A stretch of DNA of 53,993 nucleotides from a virus (Duplodnaviria; Caudoviricetes): positions 1-53,993 of the IMG/VR virus record IMGVR_UViG_3300012940_000005. One strand, 5' to 3'. A program made the translations under genes and the position numbers. The notes below the pieces were generated by a model. The model was not told the origin of the DNA, did no database searches, and was given only the letters and a program-made list of their open reading frames with translations. Positions 45,541 to 53,993 of the stretch are shown here, in pieces. Position 1 is the stretch's first letter; each line of letters opens with the position of its first letter.

Positions 45541-45575
45541 GCGCCACATCAGCAACGGGTACGGGGGTACCACCG

Positions 45576-47066
45576 ATGAACGCAGTAGCCAACGCCGTCC
45601 GCACTATCGTGACGGCCATTGCCAACCCTTCTGACTACCAGTACGCCCTTTTTGACTGGGTGGTCAACGGCACCGGCAACGTGATTGTTGAAGCTGTCGC
45701 CGGTTCCGGCAAAACCACCACGGGTGTGGAAATGACCCGCCTGTGCCGCGGCTCCGTCATCTATCTGGCCTTCAACAAACCGATTGCCACGGAACTGCAA
45801 ACGCGCGGCGTGAACGGCAAGACGTTTCACAGCATGTGCTACGGCCCCGTGACCAGCTTCAAGCGCACGAAGCAGGTGGACAGCGGCAAGCTGAACACTC
45901 TGATGCGCGAACACTTCCCGGAGAATGTGCGCCGTGTCTACGGCACCTTCATGACTCGCATGGTGGGGTTGGCCCGACAGGCCGGCATTGGCGCGGGGCT
46001 CGCGCCGAACACCACGGAAGAATGGCTGGCCATCGCTGACCACCATGACCTTGAACCCGACAGCGACAAAGGCACCATGGAAGAAGGCGTCACCTACGCC
46101 ATGGAACTGCTGGCCCTGTCCAACAGCAGCAACCTGATTGACTTTGATGACCTGTTGTACTTGGCCGTCAAGGAAGGGCTTAGCCTGCCAAAGTATGACT
46201 GGGTTTTCGTGGACGAAGCGCAGGACACCAACGCCATCCAGCGCGCCCTGCTGCGCAAGATTCTGAAGCCCACCAGCCGCATGGTGTGCGTGGGCGACCC
46301 AGCACAGGCCATCTATGGTTTCCGCGGCGCTGACAGCGACAGCATGGCCCTGCTGGCGGAAGAATTTGGCTGCGTGAAAATGCCGCTGACGGTCACGTAC
46401 CGCTGCCCCAAGTCCGTGGTGGAGTTTGCGCGCAACTGGGTGGAGCACATCGAAGCCGCCCCTAACGCGTCTGACGGTCTGGTCAATGAATTCCCGAAGT
46501 GGAACACCAAGTCCTTCGTGGACGGTGACTTGATTGTCTGCCGTACCACCAAGCCGCTGGTGTCGCTGGCCTATCGCCTGATCCGTTCGCAGGTTCCCGC
46601 CCACGTCATGGGCCGGGAAATCGGGCAGGGCCTGCGCAAGCTGGTGGAAAAGATGAACGCGAAGGGCTTGGACGCACTGGTGGCCAAGCTGGAGGACCAC
46701 ACGCGCCGTGAAGTGGAAAAGGCCGTGGCCAAGGGTGATGACGCCAAGGCCGAAGCCATCCGCGACAAAACGGAGTGCGTGCTGTGCATAGCGGACGGTC
46801 TGCCGGAAACTGACCGCAGCGTCCCGGCCCTGCTGCGCGCCATTGACAGCCTGTTCACGGACTCTGACGCTGGCGTCAAGCTGGCGACCATTCACAAAGC
46901 CAAGGGGCTGGAAGCGGACCGCGTGTACTGGCTGAACAGCAGCAAGTGTCCGGCGCAGTGGGCGCGGCAGGACTGGCAGAAACAGCAGGAAGCCAACCTA
47001 TGCTATGTTGCGGCCACCCGCGCCAAGCGCGAACTGGTACTGATTGAAGAAGATGACGAACGCTAA
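45576..47066 (+). CDS. UvrD/Rep-family SF1 helicase
   Basis: A.AGSGKT, DEAQD, VGD..QAIYGFRGA, TIHKAKGLE, YVA.TRA. Confidence 0.9.
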   Translation: MNAVANAVRTIVTAIANPSDYQYALFDWVVNGTGNVIVEAVAGSGKTTTGVEMTRLCRGSVIYLAFNKPIATELQTRGVNGKTFHSMCYGPVTSFKRTKQVDSGKLNTLMREHFPENVRRVYGTFMTRMVGLARQAGIGAGLAPNTTEEWLAIADHHDLEPDSDKGTMEEGVTYAMELLALSNSSNLIDFDDLLYLAVKEGLSLPKYDWVFVDEAQDTNAIQRALLRKILKPTSRMVCVGDPAQAIYGFRGADSDSMALLAEEFGCVKMPLTVTYRCPKSVVEFARNWVEHIEAAPNASDGLVNEFPKWNTKSFVDGDLIVCRTTKPLVSLAYRLIRSQVPAHVMGREIGQGLRKLVEKMNAKGLDALVAKLEDHTRREVEKAVAKGDDAKAEAIRDKTECVLCIADGLPETDRSVPALLRAIDSLFTDSDAGVKLATIHKAKGLEADRVYWLNSSKCPAQWARQDWQKQQEANLCYVAATRAKRELVLIEEDDER

Positions 47067-47493
47067 AGAATCGAAAATCCACTACGCACCGGAGGAAGGG
47101 CGCGAGTGGTGCGGAACCCCCGGCCGCACCACTCGCGACGTTTCCGCAGTGACGTGCCGACGTTGCATGTATTCGTATCTGGCCGCGCAGGCGTCGTGGG
47201 CTCGCGCGTTTCTGGATGACCTACGCCGGGGCGCCAGCGCGCCGCCGGTGGCCCTTCCACGCGCTCCCGCCGAACCATTTGACGGCGTAATAGAAGGCGT
47301 TGGCGGTGCCACGGCTGACACCTTCCGCGAGCAACGCAGCCCGCAAGGCCCGGTCCGCAAAGTCCTTGCCGCGCGTACCGTCTGCGTAGAGCCAGTCATG
47401 CAGGACGGCCGGCCGGCGGGATTCTCCGTTGGGGTCGAATGGGTACCAGCCGAAGGCGCCGAAGCCCCGAAGCCGAACGGGGATGCTGGCTAG
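47053..47493 (+). CDS. Hypothetical protein (3' part overlaps DUF1353 gene)
   Basis: IHY...C...VTC..C N-terminus is plausible; long antisense overlap lowers confidence. Confidence 0.4.
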   Translation: MTNAKESKIHYAPEEGREWCGTPGRTTRDVSAVTCRRCMYSYLAAQASWARAFLDDLRRGASAPPVALPRAPAEPFDGVIEGVGGATADTFREQRSPQGPVRKVLAARTVCVEPVMQDGRPAGFSVGVEWVPAEGAEAPKPNGDAG

Positions 47494-47619
47494 GTCCGTG
47501 ATTGTTCCCGCGGGAACAACTAGCTGGCCCAGCTCCGCGTCTTCCCAAACCAGTGGCGCAATGACGCGCCACAGGCCCGGTTCATCGGTCGCACGTAAGT
47601 CAAGGGGTGTCTGGAACAT
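47221..47619 (-). CDS. DUF1353 protein
   Basis: VPAG..TDLASIP...PAVLHDWLY...AD......YYAV..FG. Confidence 0.85.
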   Translation of the reverse strand: MFQTPLDLRATDEPGLWRVIAPLVWEDAELGQLVVPAGTITDLASIPVRLRGFGAFGWYPFDPNGESRRPAVLHDWLYADGTRGKDFADRALRAALLAEGVSRGTANAFYYAVKWFGGSAWKGHRRRAGAPA

Positions 47620-48226
47620 ACAGGGACGCCGTATCTTTCACCCATGCCAGCACGCGAGACACGGCCAGCTTGTCGGTTTCGTTCAGGACTCCACCGTGGG
47701 CGTACTCCTGCAATTCTGCCACCGCAGCCAGTACCACGTCACCCAGCAAGTCACGGTCCAACGGGTCCTGAACCTGTGCCACGTAAGACATGGCCACGCC
47801 TTGCAGCAGGTCCAGCGTCACCGCTTCGTCCCCCACATGGGCTTCAATGGCGGCCACGGCTCGCGCGACTCGCGCCGCCCGGTCAGCCGGGTCCGCTGCG
47901 CGCTTGATGTATTCCCCGGTGGCCTTCTTCACCACAATCTGGGCGCCCAGCCGCTGCTGCGGCGTCCACGATGCGCAGCCCACCAGAGTGACCAGCGCGG
48001 CCGTAATGGCCAGAACGGCAAAGGACTTGACGGCCGTGGTGATCGCTCCGGGCTTTGGTGCGCCGGCCGCCCACGCGTTGTGCGCGCCGCCCAGTGCGAG
48101 CGATGCCGCGCCAATCCACGGGAGCCATGAAGCCGGGATGGACTGCGGGCTGGTGCCTGCCACGATGGTCAATACAGATAGGGCGTACGTCAGCGCGTGC
48201 GCGCCGTAGGACTTCACTTTTTCCAC
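47600..48226 (-). CDS. Membrane protein: holin-like segments followed by a lipobox and helical domain
   Basis: GTG at 48226 with GAGG RBS; two hydrophobic segments, then LAITAALVTLVGC. Confidence 0.6.
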   Translation of the reverse strand: MEKVKSYGAHALTYALSVLTIVAGTSPQSIPASWLPWIGAASLALGGAHNAWAAGAPKPGAITTAVKSFAVLAITAALVTLVGCASWTPQQRLGAQIVVKKATGEYIKRAADPADRAARVARAVAAIEAHVGDEAVTLDLLQGVAMSYVAQVQDPLDRDLLGDVVLAAVAELQEYAHGGVLNETDKLAVSRVLAWVKDTASLYVPDTP

Positions 48227-48280
48227 GGTTGTTTCCTCAAGGGTTGAAAGGGAGCCCCGCCAGTGTACACTTCGCACAAT

Positions 48281-48925
48281 ATGCACGTCATCACGGCTGA
48301 CCAGCTACGCCGCGCAGTCCCCAAGTGTGCCAACCCGGCCGCGTGGGTGGACCCACTGAACCAAGCCATGCTCATCTACGGCATTGCCGATGACGTGGAC
48401 TACATGGTGGAGTTCCTTGCGCAAGCGGCTCACGAAAGCGCCAGCTTCAACCGGCTGGAAGAAAACCTGAACTACTCCGCTGAACGGCTGATGGAAGTTT
48501 GGCCCAAGCGGTTCCCAAGTTTGACCGTAGCGGCAAAGTACGCGCGGCGCCCGCATGACCTTGCTGAATTTGTCTACGGCGGGCGTATGGGTAACGTGAA
48601 GGCCGGAGACGGCTGGAAGTACCGCGGGCGCGGTATTCACATGATCACGGGCTTTGACAACTACGTCAAAGTGGCCAAGCTGGTAAATGACCCGGCCATC
48701 ATCGCCTGCCCGGAACGGCTACAGACCAAGGGGACGGCGGCCATGGCCAGCGCCGCGTGGTGGGCCAGCAATCCGAAGTTGAACGCGCTGGCGGACGATA
48801 CGCCCACGGATGACGATTACGCGGACTTCGTGTCAATCACGAAGATTGTGAACGGCGGCAAGGTGGGACTGGCGGAGCGCTGGAAGTTGCGCGAGGCGTT
48901 CAAGGCTTCGTTGTCCACCAAGTAA
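48281..48925 (+). CDS. Glycoside hydrolase family 19 endolysin
   Basis: FLAQ.AHES..F..LEENLNYS, GDGWKYRGRG, T..VNGG..GL.ER. Confidence 0.9.
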   Translation: MHVITADQLRRAVPKCANPAAWVDPLNQAMLIYGIADDVDYMVEFLAQAAHESASFNRLEENLNYSAERLMEVWPKRFPSLTVAAKYARRPHDLAEFVYGGRMGNVKAGDGWKYRGRGIHMITGFDNYVKVAKLVNDPAIIACPERLQTKGTAAMASAAWWASNPKLNALADDTPTDDDYADFVSITKIVNGGKVGLAERWKLREAFKASLSTK

Positions 48926-49139
48926 TAAGCCAGCCAATAAACGCGCCGGCCACGGACCCGCCGCCAGTGACCGCTACCGCCGTTGCGCGCCGCGCGCCGC
49001 GCTGGCGTTCGTACGCCGCCAGCAGCCGGTCCAGTTTTTCGTTCTGGGTATCCAGCTTGCCTTCCATGCGCTCCGCGCGGGCGTCAGCCGCGTCCATGCG
49101 GCCTTGCAACTGCCCGATTGCCTGTGAAACTTCGTCCAT
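48900..49139 (-). CDS. Small coiled-coil + C-terminal TM protein (holin/antiholin-like)
   Basis: MDEVSQAIGQL...GGSVAGAFIGWLITWW. Confidence 0.55.
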   Translation of the reverse strand: MDEVSQAIGQLQGRMDAADARAERMEGKLDTQNEKLDRLLAAYERQRGARRATAVAVTGGGSVAGAFIGWLITWWTTKP

Positions 49140-49143
49140 CGCC

Positions 49144-50694
49144 TTAGCGCGTGCAAATGATATGGAACTGCGGGGGGTCAACTGCACCGCCACCATTAGC
49201 CTGCTGCGCCCCCACGTTGATGTTGGAAAAGGTGTTGTTGAAGCCGAAAATTACGAGGCTGGGGGTTATCGTTCCCGAAAGGGTGGCCGTGCATTTGCTC
49301 CCGGAAATGCCAGACGTTAGGGCTATGGTGTAGTTGCCCATCCCGTTCCGCGTGCAGGACGATGACATGCCCACAGGGTTGCTGACGCTACAGCCGGAGC
49401 CATTCGCAAACACGGTGCCCGTGGCGAAGCTAGGGATCGCTGGGCATCCCGTGCCGTCAGAACGGCACACCTCGGAGCCGTTGACGGTGACATTGTTGGC
49501 CGCGAGCGCGATGGTCGTTGGAGTTGTACCGGATCGCGAAATGCTAAGCGGCGTTCCCCCCGCCGCTCCGGCATCCGTTCGGGTCTGAATCGAAAACAGC
49601 CCGCCGCCAGCGACCACGTTCCACCATTTACTATCCGCTCCGGCATCAGTCTCATTGAAGGCAATCACAGGATTGACCGATGAGAACAGCGCGGCCCCGG
49701 ACGTATCGGTAAACGTGTGTCTGCCGGTCCACGTGGGCGTGATTGATTGGTCAAGAGCCGGCGCCGCGTCGGAACGCATGTACGTAGACGCGCTTCCGTT
49801 CTTAGCGGTCAGCCCCACGGTGGCAGAAGGGTTGGCGGGGCTAACACCCGCGGCCGGCGATGCGCACGTACCGTCACCCCGCAGGAAACTCGACGAGTTG
49901 CAGGTGCCGCCCCACAATCCGTACACGTCGCTCGCAACAGCCGCAGTAAACGCCGACGTACCGTTGCCTTTCGCAATGCCAGTAAGCGTACCGATTCCGG
50001 TGCCGCCTCGCGCAACCGCGAGTATGCCTGAGCTGACGTTGCCCGCATTTAGAGACGTGAGCCCCGAGCCGTTGCCGCTGATGGCGCCCGTACCCATAAA
50101 AGCATAAGTCGGGTTGTCCGTAGCGTTTCCAAATTGAAGCGCCGATACCGCCGTGCCTGTGCGATCAAGAGTAAAAATGTTGGTACCTGAAGCGTCTGCA
50201 TCGGTGCGCGTCTGAAGCTGCAACACGCCGCCGTCAGCAATAAAACGCCATCGCTTTTCATCAACCGCCGCGTCAAGTTCATTCCATGCCCATGACGGCG
50301 TATTGTTGCCGATAGTCTGCGCAGCGCTGAATACGTTCGCATTACCGAGACGCGGCACAACGGCCGTATCAATCGCAATCGTGCCCGTCCCCGTGATCGG
50401 GTTAGGCGTGGCGGTGATGCCTGTACCTTGTGTGACACTCGTTACGGTTCCGGTGCCAGTCTCAGGCGCACACGAGCCGTCACCGCGCAGGAACGTCGTC
50501 GAGTTACATGTGCCCGAGAACGTGGCCGTAATATCGGCCGAGGTCGCCGCCGTGGTGACGTACGTATTGGCGTTCCCTTTTAGGATGCCGGTTGCAGGGC
50601 TGAAGTACGGGAAGGTTGCAGCGAACGCGACCGTTGCGAAGGTCGCGACCACGACACCGAGCGCGATGTACGCGCGACGTGCGGGAGTGTTCAT
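49144..50694 (-). CDS. Tail-fibre-like repeat protein with N-terminal signal peptide
   Basis: GTCNS..FLRGDG.C twice, QTRTDA twice, L.VARGGTG; N-terminus RR-hydrophobic-AFA. Confidence 0.7.
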   Translation of the reverse strand: MNTPARRAYIALGVVVATFATVAFAATFPYFSPATGILKGNANTYVTTAATSADITATFSGTCNSTTFLRGDGSCAPETGTGTVTSVTQGTGITATPNPITGTGTIAIDTAVVPRLGNANVFSAAQTIGNNTPSWAWNELDAAVDEKRWRFIADGGVLQLQTRTDADASGTNIFTLDRTGTAVSALQFGNATDNPTYAFMGTGAISGNGSGLTSLNAGNVSSGILAVARGGTGIGTLTGIAKGNGTSAFTAAVASDVYGLWGGTCNSSSFLRGDGTCASPAAGVSPANPSATVGLTAKNGSASTYMRSDAAPALDQSITPTWTGRHTFTDTSGAALFSSVNPVIAFNETDAGADSKWWNVVAGGGLFSIQTRTDAGAAGGTPLSISRSGTTPTTIALAANNVTVNGSEVCRSDGTGCPAIPSFATGTVFANGSGCSVSNPVGMSSSCTRNGMGNYTIALTSGISGSKCTATLSGTITPSLVIFGFNNTFSNINVGAQQANGGGAVDPPQFHIICTR

Positions 50695-51395
50695 CACATT
50701 TTCACCCAAAGGTTGAGCGCGGAGGAAAAGCGGAAAGCCTGACTGTCATTCTGCAACAGCGTCACGTCCACGGGAAGCCGCAGGTTTCCGCTGGACAGCA
50801 GCGTCACGAAGGGCGCCGCGACGTTGGACACCACCAGAATCTGGCCATTGGACCCGCCGGTGATGTTGAGAATGGCGGACGTGCCGCCGCCGTCGCCGGT
50901 CAGTTCCAGAAACCCCACGCTGGGCGTGGTGACGATGGACTGGGAGCCCGCCGCCAGCGTGGAGGGTGTCTGCACCCCCGTGGGGGCCGCCGTCAACGTG
51001 AACGGCAGCCAGCCGGTGATTACGCTGTCCGGGTCATTGGCGTTGTTCGCCACCGTGTTCAGGTAGAACTGCGCCGGGTTCACCGCACTCTGGAGCACGG
51101 CACCCACTGGGTAGCCGGTGGATACCGTCACCACATCCGCGTTGAATTGGTACTGGCCCCCGGCAGCCACCCATGACGTATGCGCCGACAGCATGAACAG
51201 AATGCCGTTCATGTCGAGTCCGCGCGGCGGGATGCCGCCTTGCGTGCGCGGGATGCGCGTGGCCGGCGGGAACCCGTCATTGAATGACGCAATCTCCGGG
51301 CTGGTGCCTATCTGCGACGGAACCGGGATAGGGTCCGTCTTTCCGCCATTGATGGCGAAGGGCGTGACAACTGACGGTGGAACAGGTGTTGACAT
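50694..51395 (-). CDS. Short tail fibre/adaptor paralog
   Basis: AS...GFPP.T...GG.PP.G.DMNGIL..LSA...GY..GAV N-terminal domain shared with 51401-52750. Confidence 0.75.
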   Translation of the reverse strand: MSTPVPPSVVTPFAINGGKTDPIPVPSQIGTSPEIASFNDGFPPATRIPRTQGGIPPRGLDMNGILFMLSAHTSWVAAGGQYQFNADVVTVSTGYPVGAVLQSAVNPAQFYLNTVANNANDPDSVITGWLPFTLTAAPTGVQTPSTLAAGSQSIVTTPSVGFLELTGDGGGTSAILNITGGSNGQILVVSNVAAPFVTLLSSGNLRLPVDVTLLQNDSQAFRFSSALNLWVKM

Positions 51396-51400
51396 GGCGG

Positions 51401-52750
51401 TCAGTTTCCGATGGCGAACCAGTAGCAGTTCCGCGAACCCGCAACAGGACCAAATTGGGCTTCATCGGCCACCACGGACATGAAGCTGGTGGCGATAGAG
51501 CCCACGAAGTTGTACGTGTTAGAGCCCTGCGTGTTACGGTACCCGGTGGACATGAACGCGGCAAAAATCGCATTGGGGAACGCGACGGGGAAAAAGATGG
51601 TGAACGCACCGGGGCCGCCCGCACCAGACGCCCAACCCCATTTGAGTATCAGGCCGTTGGGCAGCGTCACGGAGCCGTTCTGCGCGGGGGTAAGCGCGCC
51701 CTGCACGAAGGCCGTGGTAGCCACTCGCGTGCTGTTGTCTCCGGCCGGCGGCGTGGGCGCCGTGGGGACGCCAGTAAGCGCAGCGTTGGTTAACACGGCC
51801 GCCGCGTGCTGTGTCACGGCGGACTGCGGCACCTGTGCGTTGGCCACCTGCCCAGCGAACTGGGACAGCGCAATTTGCGCCGCAAAGTGGGCTGGCGAAA
51901 TTTTCCGGTGGTATCCGTCGCCAGCGTCCGCATACACGGCCGACATGGCGAAGTTTTCCAGCGGGCTGTTCTGGTTGAAGTACGTGGCGAACAAATAGCC
52001 CGCGTTCGTACGCTGCGCGATGGTCAGCCCCGTGGGGTTCTGGTCAATCGGCAGGTTCACCGGGGCCACAGCCGGGTACATGCTGGAGCCGTCGCCGTAG
52101 ACTTCCACCGGGGCGCTGAAGCCGCCCTGTGGGACATTCACCGTTCCTGCGCCGCCGGCAGCGCTTCGGATGGTGGTGGTAAACCCGCCAGTGGTGTTGT
52201 TGACGATCAGCCAAGACTTCAGCCACGCCGGCAGAACAATGGTCAGGTTGCCCACCAGCCCGCCCGTCAGGATGATGACGTTCCGCCGCGCCTGCGCTTG
52301 TGACAGTGTGACGGTGCCGCCTGTGAGCCCGGACACCGTGGTGTAGCCGTAGCTATGCAAGGGCACCCACCCCGCGCCACCCGCGTCCGGGTCCGTGGTG
52401 TTGCCGTTCGTCAGGTTGAACCACAGCCCAGAACCGTCCGCCATGCTGACCACGGCGCCCGTGGCGTAGCCCCCCATGGCACTGGCCAGCGTGCTGTTGT
52501 AGACGGGCGTCTGTCCTGCCTGCCGGGCCGCCGTGTCGGCGGACAGCATGTACAGGATGCCGTTCATGTCCTGACCCCACGGAGGCTTGCCGCCTGCAAA
52601 AATCTCCGTCATGGTCAGGGGCGGGAAGCCCAAGTCCAATGACGCGCGGTCAGTGTCTACCGTGCTGACCGGGATGGGGTTTTGGATGTACTGGGACGCC
52701 GCGTTTTTGGCGAACGCCTGAAGCAATAGTGGCGGTGTCGGTTGCGGCAT
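51401..52750 (-). CDS. Tail fibre protein
   Basis: Baseplate-attachment N-terminus, LTG.PTAPTP..GDNST.VATTAFV repeat, LPNGLILKWG...FP.AFP C-terminal domain. Confidence 0.85.
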   Translation of the reverse strand: MPQPTPPLLLQAFAKNAASQYIQNPIPVSTVDTDRASLDLGFPPLTMTEIFAGGKPPWGQDMNGILYMLSADTAARQAGQTPVYNSTLASAMGGYATGAVVSMADGSGLWFNLTNGNTTDPDAGGAGWVPLHSYGYTTVSGLTGGTVTLSQAQARRNVIILTGGLVGNLTIVLPAWLKSWLIVNNTTGGFTTTIRSAAGGAGTVNVPQGGFSAPVEVYGDGSSMYPAVAPVNLPIDQNPTGLTIAQRTNAGYLFATYFNQNSPLENFAMSAVYADAGDGYHRKISPAHFAAQIALSQFAGQVANAQVPQSAVTQHAAAVLTNAALTGVPTAPTPPAGDNSTRVATTAFVQGALTPAQNGSVTLPNGLILKWGWASGAGGPGAFTIFFPVAFPNAIFAAFMSTGYRNTQGSNTYNFVGSIATSFMSVVADEAQFGPVAGSRNCYWFAIGN

Positions 52751-52753
52751 GGC

Positions 52754-53410
52754 TCAAGTTCCCGGCGGCTGGTAGAACGTACCTTGGTCGAAGGGCTCCG
52801 CAGTGCCGCCCTGTTCAGCGAACCCGAACACGCCGGCCGGTACCACAATGACGTTGTACTTGACGCCGGCCGGGTGCGGCAGCGCGCCCGATTGGGTCAG
52901 GATAGCGTATTCCGCCGCCGATATGTCGAATTCAAAATAGAACGTCATGGACATGGCGCCGTTGTCAATGACGTAGCAGACGCCCCGGCCGGGGAACAGG
53001 TTACGCAGCAATTGGTTAAGGCTGGCCGCCGTGGTCGCCACGATGTTGGCCAGAGCCTTCACCAGAATCAGCGTGCGGTACGTGTCGTCAGGCAACAGGA
53101 ACGCCTGCCCCGTGTTTACGCCCGCGTAGAACGTCCCCTGATTGAACGGCGCCCAGTCAGGCGGGAAGTCCGTATTGTTGAAGCCGAAGGTTTGAGTGTT
53201 CGCCGGAATTTTCAGCAGCCGCGATACGCCTACGATGCGGCCCCAGTTGTCCAACCCTTCGCCAAACGCGGTGTCCACATTCCACCACGCATCATAGAAC
53301 GCCTGTATGTTGACGCGCGGGTCAATATATTCGTTCATGTTCGCAATAAGCTGCGTCAGTGACGGGCTGTTTGCGTACTGGGAAATGATGGTGCGTTCAA
53401 CGTTCAGCAT
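52754..53410 (-). CDS. Baseplate protein (DUF2612-like)
   Basis: ISQYANSP, TA.G.GLD.WGRIVGVSR, D..YR.LI..KA..N, LP.PAGV. Confidence 0.85.
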   Translation of the reverse strand: MLNVERTIISQYANSPSLTQLIANMNEYIDPRVNIQAFYDAWWNVDTAFGEGLDNWGRIVGVSRLLKIPANTQTFGFNNTDFPPDWAPFNQGTFYAGVNTGQAFLLPDDTYRTLILVKALANIVATTAASLNQLLRNLFPGRGVCYVIDNGAMSMTFYFEFDISAAEYAILTQSGALPHPAGVKYNVIVVPAGVFGFAEQGGTAEPFDQGTFYQPPGT

Positions 53411-53414
53411 GGGC

Positions 53415-53993
53415 TTACACCAGCGTGACGGTGATGTCAGCCGCGTCCACGGTGGGCGCTTGGTCGATACCAATAAGCTGCTGCGTCAACGTGGGGGTGA
53501 CGGAGCCCAGCAGAATGGACAGCAGCGAAACTTCCGGGCCAATCTTGATGACGCCGGGGTAGAACTTGGACGCGAGCAACAGCGAACCGATACGCACACG
53601 CGTGCCGCCATCGGCGCCGGTGAACGTCGCAATAATTGCAGCTTTCACAAGGTCCACGATGTTGTTGGGCAAGCCGGGGTCATCCTGAATTTCCACAGCG
53701 AACTTGATGGGCACGGTGGCCGGGCGCTGAAACTTCACTTCATACGAAGGCAGCGGCGGCAGATATCCGCTGTCATCCACCACGGTGACGGTGGTGTTGC
53801 CGTTGTAATCGCAGCCCACATCCTTTTTGGTCCAGATGGCCTTCGCCACATCATCGTTGGTGCCGCCGACCACGGCGACGTACAGCGAGTGCGGGGCCAG
53901 CGGGTAATTGGTGGCGCCGACGTTCACCACGGCGTTGGTGACGTTTTCGGTGACGTAAACATCTATCACGTCATCAACATCAAACACGGCCGC
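53415..53993 (-). CDS. Baseplate J-like protein, 3' part
   Basis: PHS.YVAV.GG...VA.AIW.KK..GC..NG; in frame with 1-756 across the join. Confidence 0.85.
   Translation of the reverse strand, partial: AAVFDVDDVIDVYVTENVTNAVVNVGATNYPLAPHSLYVAVVGGTNDDVAKAIWTKKDVGCDYNGNTTVTVVDDSGYLPPLPSYEVKFQRPATVPIKFAVEIQDDPGLPNNIVDLVKAAIIATFTGADGGTRVRIGSLLLASKFYPGVIKIGPEVSLLSILLGSVTPTLTQQLIGIDQAPTVDAADITVTLV

Noticed and set aside
53871-53993. 123-bp terminal repeat as a biological DTR
   Set aside because: It falls in the middle of the baseplate J gene, so it is best explained as assembler overlap of a circularly permuted genome
1-53993. Integrase, tRNA, reverse transcriptase/DGR
   Set aside because: No recognisable motifs found by eye; absence not confirmed computationally

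Overview
The window is an apparently complete, circularly permuted ~53.9-kb GC-rich tailed phage genome. Bases 1-123 equal 53871-53993, and the baseplate J gene runs across that join. The virion module (DUF1073-type portal, MuF/gp7 head protein, DUF2213-type protease/scaffold, DUF2184-type capsid, DUF4054 connector, DUF3383 sheath, short lysozyme-bearing tape measure, DUF2612/J baseplate) resembles Bcep781/OP2-like small myoviruses. So does the replication module (primase-SF3 helicase, SF2 helicase, VRR-NUC, Cas4-like exonuclease, DUF2815 SSB, family A polymerase, UvrD). No integrase, tRNA, rRNA or CRISPR array was seen. Highlights: (1) An accessory block inside the head operon carries a MuF protein with an inserted intact Nudix domain flanked by A-x-D motifs, an SprT protease, a T5 A1-like nuclease, a LAGLIDADG endonuclease and two nucleotide-pool enzymes. 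(2) Early promoters have CRP-family sites at class II spacing, overlaid by a 16-bp TGAC-N6-GTCA operator found 15 times. (3) Nine dispersed copies of a parS-like palindrome TGTTCCCRCGGGAACA occur with no ParB gene. (4) A convergent gene next to a candidate origin duplicates the primase C-terminal motif. (5) There is a -1 frameshift in the tail chaperone, two capsid cement paralogs and a tail-fibre-like protein with a signal peptide. All family assignments come from motif recognition by eye, not from database searches.
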